Assembly: GCF_018402695.1 (NCBI RefSeq)
Contig: NZ_JAGYIM010000017.1
Coordinates: forward strand, 56,074 to 120,073
DNA length: 64,000 bases
Source: Arsukibacterium sp.
Lineage (GTDB): Bacteria; Pseudomonadota; Gammaproteobacteria; Enterobacterales; Alteromonadaceae
Direction: 5' to 3'
The position numbers and the translations under genes were made by a program. This document shows, piece after piece, positions 56,741-64,000 of this stretch. Position 1 is the first letter of the stretch. Each line of letters begins with the position of its first letter. The notes below the pieces were generated by a model. It saw nothing but the letters and a program-made list of their open reading frames with translations. It had not been told where the DNA came from and made no database searches.

Positions 56741-57613
56741 TTACCAACCAGTCAATTCTTTCAGGGCCTGACCAATATCAGCAAGACTTTTCACGGTTTT
56801 AACACCAGCATCTTCCAGCGCGGCAAATTTCTCTGCTGCTGTACCTTTACCACCAGAGATGATAGCACCGGCGTGGCCCATCCGTTTACCTGCAGGTGCG
56901 GTAACACCGGCAATGTAAGACACTACGGGTTTAGTCACGTGCTGTTTGATATAGGCAGCCGCTTCTTCTTCAGCTGAACCACCGATTTCACCTATCATCA
57001 CGATAGCTTCGGTTTTTGGGTCTTCCTGGAACAGTTTCAGAATATCGATAAAGTTGGAACCCGGAATTGGGTCACCACCAATACCAACGCAGGTAGACTG
57101 ACCGAAGCCATGATCGGTCGTTTGCTTAACCGCTTCATACGTCAGGGTGCCAGAGCGTGACACTATGCCGACTTTACCTGGCTTGTGAATGTGACCTGGC
57201 ATAATGCCAATTTTACATTCACCCGGCGTGATAACGCCCGGACAGTTAGGACCAATCAGGGTAACGCCTAATTCATCACATTTAACTTTAGCGTCCAGCA
57301 TATCCAGGGTAGGAATACCTTCAGTAATACAAACAATTAACTGAATACCGCTATTCGCCGCTTCAAGAATAGAGTCTTTACAAAAAGGTGCAGGCACATA
57401 AATAACAGATGCAGTTGCACCAGTCGCGTCAACCGCTTCCTGTACTGTGTTGAATACTGGCAGGCCAAGGTGAGTCTGACCACCTTTACCCGGCGTTACC
57501 CCACCAACCATTTTTGTGCCATAAGCAATAGCTTGTTCAGAGTGGAAAGTACCCTGGGCACCGGTGAAACCCTGACAAATTACTTTGGTGTCTTTATTAA
57601 TTAATACGCTCAT
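56741..57613 (-). CDS. sucD: succinyl-CoA synthetase alpha subunit
   Basis: 290 aa, canonical. Confidence 0.97.
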   Translation of the reverse strand: MSVLINKDTKVICQGFTGAQGTFHSEQAIAYGTKMVGGVTPGKGGQTHLGLPVFNTVQEAVDATGATASVIYVPAPFCKDSILEAANSGIQLIVCITEGIPTLDMLDAKVKCDELGVTLIGPNCPGVITPGECKIGIMPGHIHKPGKVGIVSRSGTLTYEAVKQTTDHGFGQSTCVGIGGDPIPGSNFIDILKLFQEDPKTEAIVMIGEIGGSAEEEAAAYIKQHVTKPVVSYIAGVTAPAGKRMGHAGAIISGGKGTAAEKFAALEDAGVKTVKSLADIGQALKELTGW

Positions 57614-57623
57614 TACTTACCCC

Positions 57624-58790
57624 TTATGCCTTAGCCGCTGCTGCAACCACTTGCTTGGCAGCACTGGTCAGGTCTGTGTCAGCGATGATGTTCAGGCCGC
57701 TCTCAGACAGTACTTTCGCTCCTAGTTCTGCATTGTTACCTTGCAGACGAACAACGACAGGGACTTTAACGCCAACTTCTTTCACCGCGCCAATAACACC
57801 TTCCGCAATCATATCGCAACGGACGATACCACCGAAAATGTTAATAAATACGGCTTTAACTGCATCATCAGACAGGATAATTTTAAAGGCTTCAACTACC
57901 CGCTCTTTGGTCGCGCCGCCGCCAACGTCCAGGAAGTTAGCTGGTTGACCACCGTGCAGTTTCACGATATCCATGGTACCCATGGCCAGACCAGCACCAT
58001 TTACCATACAACCAATGTCACCACCTAATGCAACATAGTTCAGTTCCCATGATGCCGCATGAGCTTCACGTGGATCTTCCTGTGATGGATCCTGCATTTC
58101 TTTTAATTCTGGGTGACGGTACAAGGCATTGCCATCGATAACCAGTTTGGCATCTAAACAATGTAAGTCGCCTGCCGGGGTAATAACCAGCGGGTTAACT
58201 TCCAATAAAGCCAGGTCTTTTTCCTGGAACAGTTTGGCTAAACCCATAAAGATTTTTACAAACTGGTTAATTTGCTTACCTTCCAGGCCTAATTTGAAAG
58301 CCAGGTCACGGCCCTGGTATGGCTGAGCGCCAACTAATGGGTCGATAGCCGCTTTCAGAATTTTTTCCGGCGTTTCGTGCGCAACAGTTTCAATTTCCAC
58401 GCCACCTTCAGTGGACGCCATAAACACGATACGACGTGAAGCGCGATCAACAACCGCACCTAAATACAATTCCTGTGCAATATCAGTACAAGGTTCAACC
58501 AGGATACGGCTAACCGGCTGACCTTTTTCGTCAGTCTGGTAGGTTACCAGGTTCTTGCCAAGCCATTTCTCTGCGAAGGCTTTGATGTCTTCTTTGCTTT
58601 TAACCAGCTTTACGCCACCCGCTTTACCGCGGCCGCCAGCGTGAACCTGAGCTTTGACAACAAACATATCGCCGCCGATTTTATCTGCAGCTGCTACCGC
58701 TTCTTCTACAGTAGCTGCGGCGATGCCTTTAGATACAGGCAAACCATATTGGGCAAACAGTTGTTTACCCTGATACTCGTGCAAATTCAT
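57624..58790 (-). CDS. sucC: succinyl-CoA synthetase beta subunit
   Basis: 388 aa, [12 protein letters not shown].. is canonical. Confidence 0.97.
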   Translation of the reverse strand: MNLHEYQGKQLFAQYGLPVSKGIAAATVEEAVAAADKIGGDMFVVKAQVHAGGRGKAGGVKLVKSKEDIKAFAEKWLGKNLVTYQTDEKGQPVSRILVEPCTDIAQELYLGAVVDRASRRIVFMASTEGGVEIETVAHETPEKILKAAIDPLVGAQPYQGRDLAFKLGLEGKQINQFVKIFMGLAKLFQEKDLALLEVNPLVITPAGDLHCLDAKLVIDGNALYRHPELKEMQDPSQEDPREAHAASWELNYVALGGDIGCMVNGAGLAMGTMDIVKLHGGQPANFLDVGGGATKERVVEAFKIILSDDAVKAVFINIFGGIVRCDMIAEGVIGAVKEVGVKVPVVVRLQGNNAELGAKVLSESGLNIIADTDLTSAAKQVVAAAAKA

Positions 58791-58937
58791 GGCTATTTTC
58801 CGTTCATTTGAATATGGAAGCTGCCCGTTATGGTGCAGCCTGATGTTTTGATCGGCGCATATTATAGAGCCAACCAGCGAAATACAAAATGCTGTTGCCC
58901 TAAAACAACAGCATTTTTGTGCACTTTTTTTGAATAA

Positions 58938-60164
58938 TTAGATATCCAGTAAAATACGGGTCGGATCTTCCAGTAATTCTTTAATGGTTACCAGGAAGCC
59001 TACTGACTCCTTGCCATCAATAATCCGGTGATCATACGATAAGGCCAGATACATCATTGGCAGTATTTCCATCTTGCCATCGACAACCATAACCCGGTCC
59101 TGAATTTTGTGCATACCCAAAATCGCGGACTGCGGTGGATTAATAATGGGCGTAGACATTAATGAACCGAAAACACCACCGTTAGTGATAGTGAAGTTAC
59201 CACCGGTTAAATCTTCCATGGCCAGCTTGCCATCACGGCCTTTTAATGCCAGCTCTTTGATTGATTTTTCAATCTCAGCCAGGTTCATCTTGTCACAGTC
59301 ACGCAAAACCGGCGTCACCAGACCCCGTGGCGTAGATACAGCAATACTGACATCAAAGTAATTATGATAAACAATGTCATCACCATCGATGGCAGCATTG
59401 ACTTCCGGGAAGCGCTTCAGTGCTTCTGTTACCGCTTTAACATAGAAAGACATAAAGCCCAGGCGAATACCGTGGCGCTTTTCAAAAACGTCCTGGTACT
59501 GCTTACGCAAATCCATAATTGGCTTCATGTTCACTTCGTTAAAAGTGGTTAACATGGCAGTAGAGTTTTTCGCTTCCAGCAGACGGTTGGCAATTGTTTT
59601 ACGCAGGCGGGTCATCGGTACCCGCTTCTGGCTGCGATCACCGCTAACCGCTGCAGGCGCTGAGCTAGCAGAGCCACTGGCTTTACTGCTACCTGCTGCA
59701 ACAAACTTTTCCACGTCTTCTTTGGTTACCCGGCCATTTTTACCGCTGCCTTTAATTTTGCTGGCATCCAGACCTTTTTCAGAAATCATCCGGCGCACTG
59801 ATGGGCTTAAGGCATCATCGTTACTGTCATCAGACTTAGCATCTGCTTTGGTTTCAGATTTGGCATCATCTTTGCCAGTTTCTTTGTCATCTTTTTTAGC
59901 TGACGAATCATCTTTCTTTTCGGCTGGTGCCGCACCAGCTTCCATTTTACCGATAACTTCTTCTGCGGTTACCGTTGCACCAGTGTCATGAATGATCTCA
60001 CCCATGACGCCGTCGGCCTGAGCAACCACTTCAAGTACAACTTTATCAGTTTCAATGTCAACTAATACCTGATCGCGTGTTACGGCTTCGCCTGCTTTAA
60101 CGTGCCAGGTGGCGATGGTTGCGTCTGCAACAGATTCTGGAAGTACGGGTACTTTAATTTCCAC
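58938..60164 (-). CDS. sucB: 2-oxoglutarate dehydrogenase E2 (dihydrolipoyl succinyltransferase)
   Basis: Lipoyl domain (..[10 protein letters not shown]..), an Ala/Asp/Lys-rich linker, and a catalytic DHRxxDG motif. GTG start with an AAGGTG SD. Confidence 0.95.
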   Translation of the reverse strand: MEIKVPVLPESVADATIATWHVKAGEAVTRDQVLVDIETDKVVLEVVAQADGVMGEIIHDTGATVTAEEVIGKMEAGAAPAEKKDDSSAKKDDKETGKDDAKSETKADAKSDDSNDDALSPSVRRMISEKGLDASKIKGSGKNGRVTKEDVEKFVAAGSSKASGSASSAPAAVSGDRSQKRVPMTRLRKTIANRLLEAKNSTAMLTTFNEVNMKPIMDLRKQYQDVFEKRHGIRLGFMSFYVKAVTEALKRFPEVNAAIDGDDIVYHNYFDVSIAVSTPRGLVTPVLRDCDKMNLAEIEKSIKELALKGRDGKLAMEDLTGGNFTITNGGVFGSLMSTPIINPPQSAILGMHKIQDRVMVVDGKMEILPMMYLALSYDHRIIDGKESVGFLVTIKELLEDPTRILLDI

Positions 60165-60230
60165 TTTTTCACCTTTTACCGGTTAGTCTTATTTCGTTCA
60201 ACCGGCCCGTATTGCGGGCCGGACAATTTG

Positions 60231-63041
60231 TTATTTAATGGTCAGAGCGTCGTTAACCAGCGCTTGCTGCTGCTTATTATGTACTGATAAGTAACCTACC
60301 GCCGGCGACGATGAAGCTTCACGCCCTGCATAGCTCAGATAGCCTGCTTTAGGAATTGCAGCACGGAAATGGTGCTGGCTACAGTACCAGGCTCCCTGGT
60401 TCTGCGGCTCTTCCTGACACCAGACGAAATCAGTAACATGCTGATACTGGCTAAGTACTTCCAGCATCTCGTCATGCGGGAAAGGATACAACTGCTCTAC
60501 CCGGATAATTGCAATGTCAGTCTGCTCCCGCTTACGCCGTTCTTCCAGTAATTCGTAGTACACCTTACCGCTACAGAATACAACTCGCTTGACGTCTTCT
60601 GATTTGATGTCATCAATTTCACCGATTACATTGTGAAATTTGCCTGAGGCCAGTTCTTCCAGGGTCGACGTAGCCTGTGGATGACGCAGCAACGATTTAG
60701 GCGACATTACAATCAATGGCCGGCGCATAGGACGCACAGTCTGTCGGCGTAACATATTAAACACCTGAGCTGGCGTCGTTGGCACACAAACCTGCATATT
60801 GTGATCAGCACATAACTGCAGGAAACGCTCCAACCGTGCTGAGGAGTGTTCAGGACCCTGACCTTCATAGCCATGAGGTAACAATAGCGTTAAACCACAT
60901 AAGCGGCCCCACTTTTGCTCGCCAGAACTTAAAAACTGATCAATAACAACCTGGGCGCCGTTAGCAAAGTCACCAAACTGGGCTTCCCAGATAACCAGAG
61001 CACGGGGTTCAGCAGTCGCATAACCATATTCAATGGCCAGCACCGCTTCTTCTGATAACGCAGAGTCAAAAATCTGAAATGGCCCCTGCTCATCACTGAT
61101 TTTATTCAATGGCGTATAAGTACTGCCATCTTCCTGGTTATGCAGTACTGCATGACGATGGAAAAAGGTACCGCGGCCCGAATCCTGGCCAACAAAGCGG
61201 ATCCGGTTACCCTCAGCTACCGTTGCTGCGTAGGCCAGTATTTCTGCCATACCCCAGTCAATTTTTTTCTCGCCAGTTAGCATTAATGCCCGGTCTTCAT
61301 AAACCCGGTTCACCTGACGTTGCAACGATACGTTATCAGGTACACTAATGGCTTTTTCGCCCAGTGCCACCAGCTTTTCCACCGCCAGGCTGGCATCATA
61401 AGTTGCATCCCAGTCATGACCGAGGAAAGGTGTCCAGTCGACCGAAGGTTCTGTCATTGGCCGCCACTCGTCCACAACACAGTCGCCTTTATCCAGGGCA
61501 TCCCGATAGTCGCTGATCAGCGTTTTAACGTCATCCTCAGTACAAACGCCCTCTTCAACCAGTTTACTGGCATAAATTTCGCGTGGTGTCGGATGTTTCT
61601 TGATTTTCTGATACATCAAAGGCTGAGTAGCATTGGGCTCGTCAGACTCGTTATGGCCATTACGACGGTAACAGAACAAATCAATTACCACATCGCGTTT
61701 AAAGGTATTGCGATAATCAACCGCTAATTGGGCAACAAATACCACGGCTTCAGGGTCATCACCATTAACGTGAAAGATTGGTGCCTGAACCATTTTAGCG
61801 ATATCAGTACAGTATGGTGTAGAGCGGGTGTCTTCTGGGTTCGAGGTGGTAAAACCTACCTGATTGTTAATAACAACCCGCACTGTGCCACCCACTTTAA
61901 ATGCGCGGGTTTGGGAAATGTTAAAGGTTTCAGCAACCACACCCTGCCCGGCAAATGCAGAATCACCATGAATGGTAATCGGCAGCGCCAGCGAACCATC
62001 AGTGCAGCCACGGCGATCTAAGCGGGCACGCACTGAGCCAATGACTACCGGATTAACAATTTCCAGATGCGATGGGTTAAACGCTAATGCCAGATGAACA
62101 TTACCACCTTTGGTTTCAAAGTCTGATGAGAAGCCCATATGGTATTTCACATCACCGGCACCAACAACTTCATACTTACCGGCAAATTCGTCAAATAACG
62201 TCGACGGATTCTTACCCAGCACGTTGATCAAAGTATTAAGACGACCACGGTGTGCCATACCAATAACAGAATCTTTGGCACCCTGCTCGCCGGCACGGTG
62301 AATCATCGCTTTGAGCATAGGGATCATGGCGTCGCCACCTTCCAGACCAAAGCGCTTCGCTCCAGGGAATTTAGAGCCTAAATATTTTTCCAGACCATCA
62401 GCCGCTACCAGACCTTTTAAAATCTGCAGCCGGGTTTCTTTATCAAAAACTGCGCTGGATTGCGTGCCTTCCAGCCGCTGCTGGATCCAGCGTTTCTCGT
62501 CAGTCGACACGATATGCATATATTCCGCACCGATAGAACCACAATAGGTTTTTTCCAGTGCTTTATGCAACTCGCCTAATTTCATCGTCTCCTGACCACT
62601 GGCAAATGATCCAACATTGAACTCAGTATCGTAATCAGCTTCAGATAAGTCGTGGAACGACAGCTCAAGGTCGCGGACCCTGGGTTGCTTCCAAAGATTC
62701 AATGGGTCAAGGTTGGCGTGCTGATGCCCCCGAAAACGATAAGAATTGATGAGTTGCAGCACTTTGACCTGACGTGTGTCAGTCGCACTGCCAGTATTAA
62801 CAACCACCACTTCGCGGTGTTTGTTACGGGCTAAATCGGCAAATTGCTGACGAATATCAGCATGTCGAATTTCAAGATCGACCCCATCGATTTTTGGTAA
62901 ACCGGCGAAAAACTCTCGCCATTCGTCACCAACACTGGTGGGCTCTGCTAGGTAGGATTCATAGAGTTCATCCACATAGGCCATGTTACCACCGCCAAGA
63001 TGTGAAGACTCTAACCACGCCTTCATTACACCTTCGTGCAT
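60231..63041 (-). CDS. sucA: 2-oxoglutarate dehydrogenase E1
   Basis: 936 aa, ..KAWLESSHLGGGN..YVDELYE.. is canonical. Confidence 0.97.
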   Translation of the reverse strand: MHEGVMKAWLESSHLGGGNMAYVDELYESYLAEPTSVGDEWREFFAGLPKIDGVDLEIRHADIRQQFADLARNKHREVVVVNTGSATDTRQVKVLQLINSYRFRGHQHANLDPLNLWKQPRVRDLELSFHDLSEADYDTEFNVGSFASGQETMKLGELHKALEKTYCGSIGAEYMHIVSTDEKRWIQQRLEGTQSSAVFDKETRLQILKGLVAADGLEKYLGSKFPGAKRFGLEGGDAMIPMLKAMIHRAGEQGAKDSVIGMAHRGRLNTLINVLGKNPSTLFDEFAGKYEVVGAGDVKYHMGFSSDFETKGGNVHLALAFNPSHLEIVNPVVIGSVRARLDRRGCTDGSLALPITIHGDSAFAGQGVVAETFNISQTRAFKVGGTVRVVINNQVGFTTSNPEDTRSTPYCTDIAKMVQAPIFHVNGDDPEAVVFVAQLAVDYRNTFKRDVVIDLFCYRRNGHNESDEPNATQPLMYQKIKKHPTPREIYASKLVEEGVCTEDDVKTLISDYRDALDKGDCVVDEWRPMTEPSVDWTPFLGHDWDATYDASLAVEKLVALGEKAISVPDNVSLQRQVNRVYEDRALMLTGEKKIDWGMAEILAYAATVAEGNRIRFVGQDSGRGTFFHRHAVLHNQEDGSTYTPLNKISDEQGPFQIFDSALSEEAVLAIEYGYATAEPRALVIWEAQFGDFANGAQVVIDQFLSSGEQKWGRLCGLTLLLPHGYEGQGPEHSSARLERFLQLCADHNMQVCVPTTPAQVFNMLRRQTVRPMRRPLIVMSPKSLLRHPQATSTLEELASGKFHNVIGEIDDIKSEDVKRVVFCSGKVYYELLEERRKREQTDIAIIRVEQLYPFPHDEMLEVLSQYQHVTDFVWCQEEPQNQGAWYCSQHHFRAAIPKAGYLSYAGREASSSPAVGYLSVHNKQQQALVNDALTIK

Positions 63042-63145
63042 TTAGTTTCCCTTATTTCTGAGCACCTGGAAAAAAGTAGCAAAAAAACCGTCATTTCGCT
63101 CGCGAAATGGCCGGTTTTTCAAACATTAACTAAAATAAGGGCGCA

Positions 63146-63868
63146 TTACAGCGCCCGGTTTAACAACATCGATTTAATCTGGCCAATGGCTTTAGTCGGG
63201 TTTAACCCTTTCGGACAAACATTAACGCAGTTCATGATGCCATGACAACGAAATACGCTGAAGGCATCATCTAAATCATTTAAACGCTGTTCTGTTGCTG
63301 TATCACGACTGTCCGCCAAGAAACGATAGGCGTGTAATAAACCGGCAGGGCCGATAAATTTGTCCGGATTCCACCAGAACGATGGGCATGACGTTGAGCA
63401 ACATGCGCACAAAATACACTCGTATAAGCCATCAAGCTTAGCGCGCTCTTCCGGGCTTTGCAAAAATTCACCCGCTGGCGGTAACTTAGCATCGTTAATC
63501 AGATAAGGTTTAACTTTCTCATACTGGGTATAGAACTGGCTCATATCAACAACCAAATCCCTTACTACCGGCAGACCTGGCAATGGCCGAACTACTATTT
63601 TGCCACCTTTACCTTTACCCAGCGCAGACAATGGCGTAATACAGGCAAGACCATTTTTACCGTTCATATTTAAACCGTCAGAGCCGCAAACGCCTTCACG
63701 ACAGCTGCGGCGAAACGATAAACTCGGATCCTGCTCTTTTAACTTTAACAGGGCGTCCAGAACCATCATATCGCGGCCTTCCGGATTTTCCAGAGTATAT
63801 TCCTGCATCCGCGGCGCGGTATCCACATCAGGGTTGTAACGGTAAATTGAAAATTCCAGTGTAGTCAT
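63146..63868 (-). CDS. sdhB: succinate dehydrogenase iron-sulfur subunit
   Basis: MTTLEFSIYRYNPDVD.. with three Cys clusters. Start at the internal ATG at 63868. Confidence 0.95.
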   Translation of the reverse strand: MTTLEFSIYRYNPDVDTAPRMQEYTLENPEGRDMMVLDALLKLKEQDPSLSFRRSCREGVCGSDGLNMNGKNGLACITPLSALGKGKGGKIVVRPLPGLPVVRDLVVDMSQFYTQYEKVKPYLINDAKLPPAGEFLQSPEERAKLDGLYECILCACCSTSCPSFWWNPDKFIGPAGLLHAYRFLADSRDTATEQRLNDLDDAFSVFRCHGIMNCVNVCPKGLNPTKAIGQIKSMLLNRAL

Positions 63869-63881
63869 AATACTGCGCCTC

Positions 63882-64000
63882 TTAATACGTACGTGCTTTT
63901 GGCGGGAAAGATTCACGGAACTTCGGTTCCAGGTTCACTTTGCGCTTAAACATAGACTCAGTGTCAGGCGTATACACACTATGACACAACCAGTTCTCAT
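63882..64000 (-). CDS. sdhA: succinate dehydrogenase flavoprotein subunit, C-terminal end only (continues beyond the window)
   Basis: The minus strand ends ..[15 protein letters not shown] at 63882-63884, a typical SdhA tail. Confidence 0.85.
   Translation of the reverse strand, partial: ENWLCHSVYTPDTESMFKRKVNLEPKFRESFPPKARTY

Noticed and set aside
59527-59991. 154-aa plus-strand ORF antisense to sucB. Similar long antisense ORFs occur in fabF (16578-16946), acs (31206-31703, 31595-32104), rne (26854-27246), the crbS gene and the symporter gene (37708-38124).
   Set aside because: All lie fully within, and antisense to, strongly supported conserved genes. They have low-complexity translations typical of reverse frames.
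63042-63145. Hairpin (AAAAACCGGCCATTTCGCGAGCGAAATGACGGTTTTTTT on the minus strand) between sdhB and sucA. Similar intercistronic hairpins lie at 60203-60222 and 58895-58925.
   Set aside because: These match the known attenuator/terminator and internal-promoter organisation of sdh-suc operons. They are ordinary.
1-64000. Scan for CRISPR arrays, tRNA/rRNA genes, prophage blocks, and toxin-antitoxin or restriction-modification pairs outside the integron.
   Set aside because: I saw no regularly spaced direct repeats, no cloverleaf-like or rRNA-like segments in the intergenic regions I inspected, and no phage structural or integrase genes other than intI. This was a by-eye scan, so short elements could have been missed.

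Overview
This is a chromosomal window from a gammaproteobacterium. Gene order looks Alteromonadales/Chromatiales-like, but the species cannot be called from sequence alone. Most of it is conserved housekeeping DNA, largely on the minus strand. That includes the AcnD/PrpF-type methylcitrate operon with a GntR regulator (3.9-11.1 kb), tatD-pilZ-holB-tmk-mltG-pabC, the fabF-acpP-fabG-fabD-fabH-plsX-rpmF-yceD cluster (11.6-22.3 kb), maf, a HAD hydrolase, rluC and rne (22.4-28.4 kb). It continues with an acetate-switch neighbourhood (porin, acs, CrbR/CrbS-like two-component pair, DUF4212 plus a sodium:solute symporter, a DUF294 nucleotidyltransferase and an epsilon-like exonuclease; 28.5-41.6 kb). 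Then come bPH_2/YdbS-YdbT-like genes, DUF1456, efp-earP, glnS, a TonB-receptor/sulfotransferase/flavin-halogenase cluster, and sucDCBA-sdhB-sdhA' (56.7-64 kb). Two regions are not ordinary. (1) The first ~3.9 kb is a small chromosomal integron. It has a frameshifted intI, an attI region with a LexA-like box, and at least three minus-strand cassettes separated by recognisable attC sites. The attI-proximal cassette encodes a TIR-domain protein with a Gly/Ser/Tyr low-complexity N-terminus. The array ends at an IS110/IS1111-family element that appears to sit in or next to the third attC. (2) The rne reading frame stops after 745 codons. It is followed by a 714-nt, A-rich, low-GC tract with no ORF of 60 aa or more in any frame, and then resumes in the same frame for the last ~90 RNase E-like codons before the terminator. 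Smaller observations are a repeat family and long hairpins in unusually long prp intergenic regions, and an orphan strong terminator suggesting an sRNA between the prp regulator and tatD. No rRNA, tRNA or CRISPR array was seen.
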